Source: an uncultured Clostridia bacterium
GTDB lineage: Bacteria; Aerophobota; Aerophobia; Aerophobales; B3-G15
DNA length: 33,781 nt
NCBI GenBank assembly: GCA_964482715.1
Contig: CAYZYX010000020.1
Coordinates: forward strand, 1-33,781
Direction of reading: 5' to 3'
The notes beneath the pieces are model-generated. The model saw only the letters and a program-made list of their open reading frames with translations. It made no database searches and was not told the DNA's origin. The translations under genes were made by a program, and so were the position numbers. Shown one piece after another: positions 18,324 to 29,272 of the stretch; position 1 is the stretch's first letter, and each line of letters opens with the position of its first letter.

Positions 18324-20095
18324 TTTTTAATCATTTGGGCCTTTTTTTCACCAATACCTGGAATAGCCTTTAGCTTTTCCAAACTTGCCTCTTTAATTTC
18401 TTTTAGAGATTTAAAATGTGAAAGTAGCAGTTTTTTTGTCTGTTCTCCAATTCCTGGTATTTCCTCCAATTCAGACCTGGTTATGCTTTTGTCTCTTCTT
18501 CTCTGATGGTAAGAATGAGCAAAACGATGTGCTTCATCTCTCACTTTTTGCAGTAGCTTCAATCCCGGTGAATCCAGAGGCATTTCAATTGGGGAGTTTC
18601 TATCAGGTACGTAGATTTGCTCAAATTCTTTAGCCAGCCCGATGAGAGGAATAGATTCAAGACCCAGCTTTTTAAGTGTTTCAAGGCAAACCATTACCTG
18701 ACCTTTTCCTCCATCGACAAGGATTAAATTGGGCAGGTCTCTCTTTTCCTGGACAGCTCGTGTGTAATGACGCTTTATCACCTCTCTCAGCATGGCAAAG
18801 TCGTCAATTTTTCTCACAGTTCTGATTTTAAACTTTCGGTATTCCGATTTTTTGGGATATCCATCTTCAAAGACAACTACCGAACCAGTAGCCTCCTCTC
18901 CCCCTGTGGTAGAGATGTCAATTCCCTCTATTCTAAGAGGAAGATCTGGCAGTCCAAGATAATCCTTGAGTTGTAACAGAGCGAGATTTTCAGCCAGAGA
19001 TTCGCTTTGCTCCAGAATCATAATGGCATTTTCCCCTGCCAATTTCAACAGTCTTTTTTTATCTTCATCTTCGGGAACAACAAATTTCACTTGCTGACCT
19101 GTTTGTTGCGATAGCCAGGAAGCAATTTCTTTTTCCTCGCTGATTTTATCAGGCACAATAATCTGGTGAGGGACAAACGATGCCTTGGAATAGTACTGTT
19201 TAACGAAACTGGCCAGAATATCTGTTTCTTTATCCTCGAGCTGTATTTTCAGTAAAAAGTGATTTTTGTCTACAACTTTACCTTCTCTTATAACAAAAAC
19301 CAGAACGCAGGCTTTCTTTTCTTTACGAGCCAGGGCGATAAGGTCCATGTCTTCACCGGGAAATGAAGTGACGGTTTGCCTTTCTCCCATTTTTTCTATG
19401 GCAAATATTGTATCTCTGATTTTTGCCGCCCTTTCGAATTCCTGTTTTTTGGCCGCTTTTAACATCTCCTCTCTGAGTTTTGAGAGAAGAGCCTGATAAT
19501 GTCCCTCAAGAAAGAGCGAGACACTCTTCACGAGTTGATCGTAATCTTCTTTGCTTATTTTTCCCACGCAAGGTCCACTGCATTCTTTTATATAGAAATT
19601 GAGGCATGGAGCGAGGCGAGTTTTAAATTTATCCTTGCAACGTCTCAAAGGAAAAAGTCGGTGGATAAGTCTTAGAGTTTTTTTGGCAGCCTTAACATTA
19701 GTATAGGGACCAAAATACTGTGAGCCGTCTCTTTTTGGATTGCGGGTAAGATAAACTCGAGGGAATTCTTCATTAACGGAGAGCCTGATGTAAGGGTATG
19801 ATTTATCATCTCTAAATCTTATGTTGTATTTTGGGTGATGATGTTTTATCAGGTTGGATTCTAAAAGAAAAGCCTCAGCTTCAGATTCGGTAACTATCCA
19901 TTCCACATCTTCTATTTTAGAAACAAGAGCCCCAATACGAGGAGAGAACTCTCCTTTTTGAAAGTAAGATCTGACCCTTTTCTTGAGAGAAACAGCTTTC
20001 CCCACATAGAGGATCTTACCCTCTTTATTCTTTAAAAGATAAACCCCTGGTTTGTCAGGTAAAAGTCTTAATTTTTCCTCAAGTTTCAATTTCAA
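18305..20095 (-). CDS. uvrC: Excinuclease ABC subunit C
   Basis: GIY-YIG (PGVY..LYVGKA), UVR motif, DIS and DGGKGQ RNase H-like domain, RDEAHRFA, tandem HhH. Confidence 0.98.
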   Translation of the reverse strand: MKLKLEEKLRLLPDKPGVYLLKNKEGKILYVGKAVSLKKRVRSYFQKGEFSPRIGALVSKIEDVEWIVTESEAEAFLLESNLIKHHHPKYNIRFRDDKSYPYIRLSVNEEFPRVYLTRNPKRDGSQYFGPYTNVKAAKKTLRLIHRLFPLRRCKDKFKTRLAPCLNFYIKECSGPCVGKISKEDYDQLVKSVSLFLEGHYQALLSKLREEMLKAAKKQEFERAAKIRDTIFAIEKMGERQTVTSFPGEDMDLIALARKEKKACVLVFVIREGKVVDKNHFLLKIQLEDKETDILASFVKQYYSKASFVPHQIIVPDKISEEKEIASWLSQQTGQQVKFVVPEDEDKKRLLKLAGENAIMILEQSESLAENLALLQLKDYLGLPDLPLRIEGIDISTTGGEEATGSVVVFEDGYPKKSEYRKFKIRTVRKIDDFAMLREVIKRHYTRAVQEKRDLPNLILVDGGKGQVMVCLETLKKLGLESIPLIGLAKEFEQIYVPDRNSPIEMPLDSPGLKLLQKVRDEAHRFAHSYHQRRRDKSITRSELEEIPGIGEQTKKLLLSHFKSLKEIKEASLEKLKAIPGIGEKKAQMIKKWFTKE

Positions 20096-20576
20096 TATGA
20101 CCTATCTTTTGGTTTAAAAAGGCCTTTATCTTTTCTATGGAGTCTTCTACTTTCTTGAAATCAAATTCTATTATATCAAACCGGAGGTTTTTTTCCAGTT
20201 CCTGGAGCCATATACCTTTTCCTTTAACGAGACTTCTGCCGCGATAAACAAGAGATGCTGAACAGCAAGGGGACCGGGCAATAGCTATCAGGAGTGGAGT
20301 TTTCCCTTTTGTAATTTCCTGGCATCTTTTTTTAACTTCCAGGGCAAGTTTTTTGCAAAAATCTTTAAATCCCTCTATTTTTTCCCATTGATCCTGGGTT
20401 TTTTTCTCTCTATCTCCCAGAAAAGTATATTCAGGACAGGGAAGCTGGTAAAGGTAAATTGGGTATCTGCCAAGCAGAGTTAAAAATTTCTGGGTGGCTC
20501 CGGGCGTATAAGAATTACCAGCTCTTACCCTTTGATTTAAAAGACAGTGCGAGGAAAAAATAAAATAATTATCCAT
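20079..20576 (-). CDS. DUF523/TudS-related Cys-motif protein (putative desulfidase)
   Basis: SHCLLNQ, QLPCPE, SPCC and GKGIW match the SxC-CPE-SPSC pattern of DUF523. Confidence 0.7.
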   Translation of the reverse strand: MDNYFIFSSHCLLNQRVRAGNSYTPGATQKFLTLLGRYPIYLYQLPCPEYTFLGDREKKTQDQWEKIEGFKDFCKKLALEVKKRCQEITKGKTPLLIAIARSPCCSASLVYRGRSLVKGKGIWLQELEKNLRFDIIEFDFKKVEDSIEKIKAFLNQKIGHIEIET

Positions 20577-21120
20577 TTTTTTCCTTTCTTATGAAAGTTA
20601 GACAGATATCCCCGTATTTTCTCTGCTGAATTACAGTCATATTTCTCCTTTCCAGTTTCACTTTCTCACGGGGGTGGTGCTGAATGATAAGACCCCCCCG
20701 GTAGTTAACCAATTTTTCAATAATGTCCAGGGTTCTATCTTGCAGTCCCAAAAAATAAGGTGGACCAATAAAGATAAAGGGGAACTCTTCCTTTTTTAGC
20801 AAAAAAGGAAGAATTTGTAAAACGTCCTGCTGAAACACCCTGGCTGCAGAAGAAATACCCAGCTTCAAGAGGTTTTCTCTTATAATTTTTACACATTCTG
20901 GGTCTTTATCCACAAAAACAGCTTCACTTGCTCCTCTTGAAATAGCTTCAATTCCAACAGCGCCTGAACCAGCATAAAGATCCAGAAACTTCTTATCTTT
21001 TATCCCGTCACCGAGAAGGTCAAATAGAGATTTTCTTATTCGGGATAAAAGAGGACGTGTGGAGAGACCTTTTTTGCTTTTTATTTTCTTTCCTTTTAAA
21101 CACCCTGAAGTAATTTTCAT
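20569..21120 (-). CDS. rsmD: 16S rRNA m2G966 methyltransferase RsmD
   Basis: MKITSG..KGK, TRP, LDLYAGSGAVGIEAISRGA, PPY (as GPPY), RKYG. Confidence 0.9.
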   Translation of the reverse strand: MKITSGCLKGKKIKSKKGLSTRPLLSRIRKSLFDLLGDGIKDKKFLDLYAGSGAVGIEAISRGASEAVFVDKDPECVKIIRENLLKLGISSAARVFQQDVLQILPFLLKKEEFPFIFIGPPYFLGLQDRTLDIIEKLVNYRGGLIIQHHPREKVKLERRNMTVIQQRKYGDICLTFIRKEKNG

Positions 21121-21121
21121 C

Positions 21122-21649
21122 TTAAAAGGACTGTTCTTTAACTGCTTCTAAAAACTCCCTGTAATCTTTATCTGTATAAAGAACAAATCTGACTTCTTCC
21201 AGAGAAGTGGTAGTAGTTTCTTTTAGATGTTCTTTTACCTGGTTTAACATAATCTTTGCTGCCTCTCTAACAGAAAATCCTCCAACTCCACAACCCAAAG
21301 CAGGAAAAGCAATCTGCTTTATCTTTTTTTCCTCAGCTTTTCTAAGAGCGTTCCTTGTAGCACATTTTATCTTTTGGGAGTCAGTTTTAAAATCCATCCC
21401 CATCGTGGAGGCATGAATTACATACTTTGCAGGAAGCTTTCCTGCTGATGTAACAACAGCTTCGCCGATCTTAACCGGTCCTTGAGAAACAGCTTCTTCC
21501 TCAATTACCTTTCCACCTTTTCTCTTAATCGCACCAGCCACTCCTCCCCCCATGTAGAAGTGATTATTGGCTGCATTGACAATAGCATCTACTTTTTGTT
21601 CAGTGATATCACCTTTTATTATATTAATTTTTACTTTGCCTATCTGCAT
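21122..21649 (-). CDS. Macrodomain protein (ADP-ribose binding/hydrolase, AF1521/YmdB-like)
   Basis: GDIT, DAIVNAAN, GGGVAGAI, YVIHA, IAFPALGCGVGG. Confidence 0.93.
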   Translation of the reverse strand: MQIGKVKINIIKGDITEQKVDAIVNAANNHFYMGGGVAGAIKRKGGKVIEEEAVSQGPVKIGEAVVTSAGKLPAKYVIHASTMGMDFKTDSQKIKCATRNALRKAEEKKIKQIAFPALGCGVGGFSVREAAKIMLNQVKEHLKETTTTSLEEVRFVLYTDKDYREFLEAVKEQSF

Positions 21650-21660
21650 TTCGCCCTCCC

Positions 21661-23919
21661 TTAAAATACATCACCCATACCAAAATAAACCCTTGGTTTT
21701 CCCTCTTCGTTGACTCCGTAATCAAGACGAATCACTCCTAACGGGAGATTCATCCTTACTCCCATTCCAAAACCGGATTTATAGTTTTCCGTTCCCAAAT
21801 TTCCCCAAACCTTTGCGCTGTCAATAAAAAGATAGGCAAGGAAGTTTCTGTTGATAGGGATTCTAAATTCAACTGTCCCAAGGAGTGCTTTGGATCCTCT
21901 GAATTGATTTTGTTCGTATCCTCTTAGAGTTTCCTGTCCACCTATGTAAAATTCTTCATCAAAGGGTAGATCTTCACCTTGATACCCTCTCAGTCTGAGA
22001 GCTATTACAGGATTGGTCCAGATTTTTTTATATCTGAAGTAAGTTCTGAGTTCAACTTTGTACTTGGTGAAATCAACATCCCCTCCCAGGAAACCCCCGC
22101 TTTTTTCCATTGAAGTGAGTGCATAAAGGCCACTATAAACATTAAACATCTCATCTCTTGTTCTCGAATCCCATATTAGAGCTGGTTTTATCTTCTGATA
22201 GGTTTTTTCGCCTGATTCCAATTCATCGGGAAGATAATAGCCCTCTACAGGATCTATTTTGGTTTTTTGAGTTGATAGACTTAAAAGGAGGCTGAATTTA
22301 CTGAACCAGGGGCGACCGACTCCGATTTCTACTCCGGTTACCCTTTTTTTATAACCTTCGTTTTCGGCCGGGTAGTATTTTGATTCCTTGTTATAAACGC
22401 TAAGTTCCAGCCGGGTAGATGTATCTCTCCACCATCTATCAAGGTAATTTAACTGGTAGTCATTTCTCTTTTTCCCAAATTCCCAGTCAAGACTTATCAT
22501 TTTCCCCTGACCCCAAAGGTTATCTTTGGATAACTGGATAAAACCTTCAACACCCGAGTTAGAGCTGTAGCTTGCTCCCAGAAGCAACTTTCCCATTTTT
22601 TCCCTTTCTTTTACTTTAATTGAAAGGTCAAGAACTGAAGCATCGGAAGTATAAAGAGGTATCATCTCAACTTTTTCAAAAAAACCCAGATTGTACAGTC
22701 TTCTCCAGCTTTCTCTTATTTTGTAAGTGTTAAAGACTTCCCCAGAATGAAGCAACAAGGTATGTTTAAATACTCTCCACTTAGTATTTTCATTTCCCTC
22801 AATTTTTACCTGTCCCAGTTTAACCTGGTTATTCTCTTTAATGGATATCGTTATATCTACTTTTCTATTTTTCTGATCAAAATGAAGTCTGTTATCAATA
22901 ACCGCAAATATGTATCCCTGCTGACCATACATATCCTGAATTCTTTTGATACTTTCCCTTGCCTGACTGAGATTAAAAAATTCCCCCTCTTTAGGTCTAA
23001 ACTTCTCTTTTATTTCTTTTTTTGAGAATATTTTATTTCCCTCTACTGATACTTTACCTATTATGAACCTTTTTCCTTCTTGAATCTTGAGAAAAACTCT
23101 AACCCAGTTAACCCTGTATTTTTCAAAGAAGTGGAAGCCGGGTGGATCAATTTTAACAAAGTAGAAACCCGAATCTTGATATTTTTGTTTTATTTTCTCT
23201 ATATCTTCATCCAGGATTTGGGGATCAAGGTATCTTTTAAATCTGGTTTGCATAAAAGAACGAATCTGAGCGTTAGAAAAGAACGTATTGCCTGAGATTT
23301 CAACTTCCATCACCCTGGCTCTTTTCCCTTTTTTAATGGTGAAAATCGCCATACAGCTTTTTTCTTTTTCCAGTGAGGTGGTTGAAAAATTAACTTCAGC
23401 CTGAGTGTAACCTTGTTTTTTCAGGTACTCCAGAATTTTCTCCTGGCTCTCTTTAACTTTTTTGTAATTCCAGGGTTTTTCTATCTCAAGAGTGACAACT
23501 TTTCTTAGTTTTGCTACCTCAGAGCCAGAGATTCCTCTGAACCTTATCTCTTTTACCACAGGATTTTCCTCAATCTCATAGATAAGAATGATCCCGTCTG
23601 ATTTTTCCTCTTTAATGGCCCTTATTTTTGAAAAATAACCCAGCTGATAAATGCTCTGCATGTCCTTTTTTATTTTTTCTGGAGAGAGGATTTCCCCGCG
23701 CTGGGTGAAGATTAATTCTCTAATTTCTTTTTCCTTGACGTGAACGAGTCCCCTTATTTCTATCTTGATTATAGGGAGAAGATCCTGAGAGGATGCCAGG
23801 GAAGAAAATAGGGTAGAGAAAGAGATTAAAATTAAAATGGTAAGCAAAAATAACTGTTTTATCCCTTTAATAAAATCCCCCTCCCTGGCGAAGGAGGGGG
23901 TATGAAAACTATTTTTCAT
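21661..23919 (-). CDS. bamA: Omp85/BamA outer membrane assembly factor
   Basis: Hydrophobic signal region, several POTRA repeats (IEIRGL, VEISGN, VSVEGN, VKIEGN..TK), barrel with NLWGQG, GGQETLRGY, terminal Phe. Start codon uncertain. Confidence 0.88.
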   Translation of the reverse strand: MKNSFHTPSFAREGDFIKGIKQLFLLTILILISFSTLFSSLASSQDLLPIIKIEIRGLVHVKEKEIRELIFTQRGEILSPEKIKKDMQSIYQLGYFSKIRAIKEEKSDGIILIYEIEENPVVKEIRFRGISGSEVAKLRKVVTLEIEKPWNYKKVKESQEKILEYLKKQGYTQAEVNFSTTSLEKEKSCMAIFTIKKGKRARVMEVEISGNTFFSNAQIRSFMQTRFKRYLDPQILDEDIEKIKQKYQDSGFYFVKIDPPGFHFFEKYRVNWVRVFLKIQEGKRFIIGKVSVEGNKIFSKKEIKEKFRPKEGEFFNLSQARESIKRIQDMYGQQGYIFAVIDNRLHFDQKNRKVDITISIKENNQVKLGQVKIEGNENTKWRVFKHTLLLHSGEVFNTYKIRESWRRLYNLGFFEKVEMIPLYTSDASVLDLSIKVKEREKMGKLLLGASYSSNSGVEGFIQLSKDNLWGQGKMISLDWEFGKKRNDYQLNYLDRWWRDTSTRLELSVYNKESKYYPAENEGYKKRVTGVEIGVGRPWFSKFSLLLSLSTQKTKIDPVEGYYLPDELESGEKTYQKIKPALIWDSRTRDEMFNVYSGLYALTSMEKSGGFLGGDVDFTKYKVELRTYFRYKKIWTNPVIALRLRGYQGEDLPFDEEFYIGGQETLRGYEQNQFRGSKALLGTVEFRIPINRNFLAYLFIDSAKVWGNLGTENYKSGFGMGVRMNLPLGVIRLDYGVNEEGKPRVYFGMGDVF

Positions 23920-23942
23920 CTCTCCATGATAAGACTTGACTA

Positions 23943-26393
23943 TTAGCTGCCCACCTTTGCTTTACTTTCCTTCTTTTTAGTGAAAGTTATCTTTCCGTCT
24001 TTAACTCCCACCACCACGACATCCCCTTCACGGAATTTACCCTCAAGTATTTCCTCAGAAAGAGGATTTTCAATAAGTCTCTGGATAGCCCTCCTTAAAG
24101 GACGTGCACCAAAATCAGGATCATAACCTTCTTCAGCAATCAGGTCTCTCGCCTGTGGAGTAACCTCAAGTTCAATTCCTCTCTCCTGCAAAAGCTTTTT
24201 CTCTTCCGTTAACATAAGGTCCACGATCTTTTTTATCTCATCCCTGGAGAGAGGATGAAATACTATTATCTCATCTAACCTGTTGAGGAATTCTGGCCTG
24301 AAATGTCTCTTTAATTCAGTCAGTACCAGATTTTTCATTTCTTCATAGCTCATACCACTTTCTTGAGAGGACCGAAATCCTACACTGGCATTATTCCTTA
24401 TCTGTTCAGCCCCAAGGTTAGAAGTCATAATCAAAACTGTGTTCCTGAAATCAACTGTATGTCCCAAACTATCCGATAATCGACCGTCTTCCATTATTTG
24501 AAGAAGTATGTTAAAAACGTCAGGGTGTGCCTTTTCGATTTCATCTAAAAGTATGACTGAATAAGGTCTCCTCCTTACTTTCTCGGTTAACTCTCCACCC
24601 TCTTCGTAGCCCACGTATCCTGGAGGTGCTCCAGTCAAACGGGAAACGGTGAATTTTTCCATATATTCAGACATATCCAGACGGATCATAGCATCTTCAT
24701 CACCAAATAGAAATTCAGCAAGACTTCTGGCAAGTTCAGTTTTACCTACCCCCGTTGGACCAAGGAACATAAAGCAACCAATAGGTCGTTTTATGTTTTT
24801 CACTCCTGCCTGAGCACGGCGTATAGATTGACAGACTGCTTTTATAGCTTCTTCCTGACCAACCATTCTTTTATGAATTGCTTCCTCCATTCTCAGCAGT
24901 CTCTTGGACTCTTCTTCGGTTAAATCTCGCAGGGGAATATTTGTCCAACTGGAAACAATGTAAGCCACATCCTTCTCTGTAACCACCTCTTCTTCTACCT
25001 TTTTACCTCTTTCTGCTTCCCACTGTGTTCTTTCTTCCATAAGGATACGACGCAGGTTTTTCTCTTTATCTCTAAGTTGAGCAGCCTTCTCGAATTCCTG
25101 AGCTCTTATAGCAGCCTCTTTTTCTTTTCTTATCTGCTCAAGCTCAATTTCTACACTCTTCAGTTTTTTAGGTCTTATGCTGCTCTGGAGTCTCACTCTC
25201 GCTGCAGCCTCATCTATAACATCAATAGCCTTATCCGGCAAATAACGTCCCTGAATATATCTGTGTGAAAGCTTTGCTGCTGTCACCAGAGCTTCATCAG
25301 TGATCTTTACCCTATGGAAAGCTTCATATCTATCTCTTAAGCCCTTGAGGATCTCTATCGTTTCCTTTACTGTGGGTTCATTTACGATAACTGGCTGGAA
25401 TCTCCTTTCCAGAGCTTCGTCACGCTCAATATATTTTCTGTATTCATCCAGAGTGGTAGCCCCAATGCACTGAAGTTCTCCTCGAGCCAGGGCTGGTTTC
25501 AATATATTAGAGGCATCTATGGCTCCCTCGGCAGCGCCAGCTCCAACCAGAGTATGAATTTCGTCAATGAAAAGAATTATATTCTTAGCCTTCCTGATTT
25601 CACTTATAATTCTCTCCATCCTCTTTTCAAATTCACCCCTGTATTTGGTTCCAGCCACAACAGAACCCAATTCGATTGTTACCAATCTTTTATTTAATAA
25701 AGGTTCCGGGAGTGAACCTTCAACGATGCGCTGGGCAATCCCTTCAGCAATAGCTGTTTTACCTACTCCTGCTTCCCCAATGAGTACAGGATTGTTTTTA
25801 GTTCGACGGGACAGAATCTGAATCACCCTTTCAATTTCCTTTTCACGTCCTATAACCGGATCGAGTTCACCATTACGTGCCATTTCAGTAAGGTCTCTTC
25901 CATATCTATCCAGGGTCGGAGTATTAGTTGGTTGAGAAGATTTCTCTACAGAAATTTTTTCACCCAGAAGTGAAACTACTTCTTCTCTTACTTTCTCCAG
26001 CTCAGCTCCCAGGTTTGCGAGAATTTGTGCGGCAACTCCTTCTCCCTCTCTGATTAACCCCAGGAGGAGATGTTCAGTGCCTATGTAATTATGCCCTAAG
26101 TTACGGGCTTCAGTAACTGCCAATTCAAGCACTTTTTTTGCTCTGGGAGTGAAAGGAATTTGTCCCAGGAACAGCGAACCCCCACCTTTTCCTACCGCTT
26201 TTTCTACTTCCTGGCGGACCTGTTCAAGATCAATTCCAAGATTTTGCAGTGCTAATGCGGCAACTCCTTCTCCCTCTCTGATTAACCCCAGGAGGAGATG
26301 TTCAGTGCCCAGATAATCGTGATCCAGTCGTTTAGCCTCTTCCCTTGCTAACAGGATCACTCGTCTTGCTCTCTCGGTAAATCTGTTAAACAT
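23943..26393 (-). CDS. clpC: ATP-dependent Clp protease ATPase ClpC
   Basis: Double Clp-N repeat, [11 protein letters not shown] coiled coil ([10 protein letters not shown]), [11 protein letters not shown] ClpP loop, GARPLRR. Confidence 0.97.
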   Translation of the reverse strand: MFNRFTERARRVILLAREEAKRLDHDYLGTEHLLLGLIREGEGVAALALQNLGIDLEQVRQEVEKAVGKGGGSLFLGQIPFTPRAKKVLELAVTEARNLGHNYIGTEHLLLGLIREGEGVAAQILANLGAELEKVREEVVSLLGEKISVEKSSQPTNTPTLDRYGRDLTEMARNGELDPVIGREKEIERVIQILSRRTKNNPVLIGEAGVGKTAIAEGIAQRIVEGSLPEPLLNKRLVTIELGSVVAGTKYRGEFEKRMERIISEIRKAKNIILFIDEIHTLVGAGAAEGAIDASNILKPALARGELQCIGATTLDEYRKYIERDEALERRFQPVIVNEPTVKETIEILKGLRDRYEAFHRVKITDEALVTAAKLSHRYIQGRYLPDKAIDVIDEAAARVRLQSSIRPKKLKSVEIELEQIRKEKEAAIRAQEFEKAAQLRDKEKNLRRILMEERTQWEAERGKKVEEEVVTEKDVAYIVSSWTNIPLRDLTEEESKRLLRMEEAIHKRMVGQEEAIKAVCQSIRRAQAGVKNIKRPIGCFMFLGPTGVGKTELARSLAEFLFGDEDAMIRLDMSEYMEKFTVSRLTGAPPGYVGYEEGGELTEKVRRRPYSVILLDEIEKAHPDVFNILLQIMEDGRLSDSLGHTVDFRNTVLIMTSNLGAEQIRNNASVGFRSSQESGMSYEEMKNLVLTELKRHFRPEFLNRLDEIIVFHPLSRDEIKKIVDLMLTEEKKLLQERGIELEVTPQARDLIAEEGYDPDFGARPLRRAIQRLIENPLSEEILEGKFREGDVVVVGVKDGKITFTKKKESKAKVGS
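26028..26309. repeat. Perfect 54-bp direct repeat in the clpC N-domain (26028-26081 and 26256-26309)
   Basis: TGCGGCAACTCCTTCTCCCTCTCTGATTAACCCCAGGAGGAGATGTTCAGTGCC occurs twice, 228 bp apart. Confidence 0.95.
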
Positions 26394-26425
26394 AACTTAC
26401 CCCCTTGTTGGGTAAACTCACTTAT

Positions 26426-26454
26426 TTTATACTAAAAAAATCCATGTAAGTCAA
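26426..26454 (-). promoter_or_regulatory. Putative sigma70 promoter of clpC
   Basis: Minus strand TTGACT (26454-26449), 17 nt, TATAAA (26431-26426); RBS AAGGGG before ATG. Confidence 0.6.
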
Positions 26455-26580
26455 GGTGTGTAGCCTTGAAATTGGGACACTTTTCCCATAATCTTCCTTT
26501 CTCGGGCCCTGGATATCTCACCGAAGACGGCCTTGCAAAGGTGTTATCTCACTTAAAAGTTGGGTGTAGGAGGCCTGAAA

Positions 26581-27867
<1,287 letters not shown>

Positions 27868-27896
27868 TTAATATCCTGAATTATTATTAATGAATC

Positions 27897-29267
27897 TTAT
27901 CTGAATTCCGGATTCTCAAAGCGGGTATACTCTTTGATAAATGTGAGTTTTATCTTATCTACAGGTCCTCTCCTCTGTTTGTTTACTATGACTTCTGCTA
28001 TTCCTTCATCCTCAGGATTATGAGTATAGTAGTGTTCCCTGTAAAGAGAGATGACCAAATCTGCATCCTGTTCAATAGCTCCAGATTCTCTCAAATCTGA
28101 CAGGCGAGGTCTTTTGTCCTCCCTCTGTTCCACTGCCCTGCTGAGCTGAGATATGGCAATTACCGGAACATTGAGCTCTTTGGCCAGTGCCTTTAGACTT
28201 CTTGATATTTCTGAGATTTGTTGTTGTCTGTTTTCTATACGACGATCCCCAGCCATAAGCTGGAGATAATCAACCACCACTAACTTTATATCTTTTTCGG
28301 CCTTTAATCTGCGAGCTTTAGCCCTGAGCTCCATAACGGAAATATTAGGAGTGTCATCTATATAAATAGGAGCTTCTGCTAAAACCCCTGCTGCATCTGT
28401 CAATTTTGACCAGTCTTCCTCAGAAAGAAAACCTGTCCTGAGTTTCTGGCTGTTAACCCTTGCTTCAGCACATAGCATCCTTTCTACAATTTGTTCTTTA
28501 GCGCTCTCCAGGCTGAAGATCACCGAGGAAACACCAGCATGAATTGCAGCGTATTGGGTTATATTGAGAGCAAAAGCTGTTTTTCCCATAGATGGACGTC
28601 CAGCTATTACTATAAGGTCAGAAGGCTGAAGCCCAGAAGTAAGTCTGTCAAGTTCAATAAAACCTGTAGGAACTCCTGTTACCTGCTCTTTCCGTTGATA
28701 AAGAGCTTCTATATGCTCAAATGTTCTGGTCAGAACTTCCTTGATATGAGAATAGGAAGTTCTGTTTGTTTGCTGGGCAATTTTAAAGATCAGGCTTTGA
28801 GCTTTGTCAAGAATAACTTCGAGATCAAGAGAATCCTCGTAGGCCAGATTGGATATTTCACTGGCGGCCTTTAGTAGATCTCTTAAAATATATTTCTCTT
28901 TAACTATGGTAGCATAATATTCAACATTGGCTGTGGTAACAACAGAATTGATAAGTTGCAAAAGATAAGAGGAACCTCCTATTTTGTCTAATTTTCCCTG
29001 TTTTCGGAATTCCTCTCTCAGAGTTATAAGATCCACTGGTTTGTTCTTTTCAAATAGTTTAAGGATACCTTCATATATTATTTTGTGAATGTCAGAGTAA
29101 AAAACGTCGGGACGATCAATTATCTGGATAACTTTGGGAATGGTTTCTTTTTCCAGCAGCATGGCCCCAAGAACCGAAGATTCTGCTTCCAGGGAATGAG
29201 GAGGTACTTTATTTAAAAGTCCGGTTTTTTGAACATTTCCTGAAGATAATGAGTCTTTAGTAAACAT
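27897..29267 (-). CDS. dnaB: Replicative DNA helicase
   Basis: PPHSLEAE, AGRPSMGKT, VDYLQL, SQLSR, DLRESGAIEQDAD; no intein. Confidence 0.98.
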   Translation of the reverse strand: MFTKDSLSSGNVQKTGLLNKVPPHSLEAESSVLGAMLLEKETIPKVIQIIDRPDVFYSDIHKIIYEGILKLFEKNKPVDLITLREEFRKQGKLDKIGGSSYLLQLINSVVTTANVEYYATIVKEKYILRDLLKAASEISNLAYEDSLDLEVILDKAQSLIFKIAQQTNRTSYSHIKEVLTRTFEHIEALYQRKEQVTGVPTGFIELDRLTSGLQPSDLIVIAGRPSMGKTAFALNITQYAAIHAGVSSVIFSLESAKEQIVERMLCAEARVNSQKLRTGFLSEEDWSKLTDAAGVLAEAPIYIDDTPNISVMELRAKARRLKAEKDIKLVVVDYLQLMAGDRRIENRQQQISEISRSLKALAKELNVPVIAISQLSRAVEQREDKRPRLSDLRESGAIEQDADLVISLYREHYYTHNPEDEGIAEVIVNKQRRGPVDKIKLTFIKEYTRFENPEFR

Positions 29268-29272
29268 TTTTA

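Noticed and set aside
26028-26309. clpC repeat as a DGR template/variable pair or CRISPR unit
   Set aside because: Copies are identical with no adenine-specific differences, only two copies, both in-frame protein repeats, and no reverse transcriptase or cas gene is present.
26485-26520. Minus-strand CAGGGCCCGAGAAAGGAAG resembling SRP RNA helix 8
   Set aside because: Lacks the conserved GNRA-closed stem and the AGCAG strand, so not called ffs.
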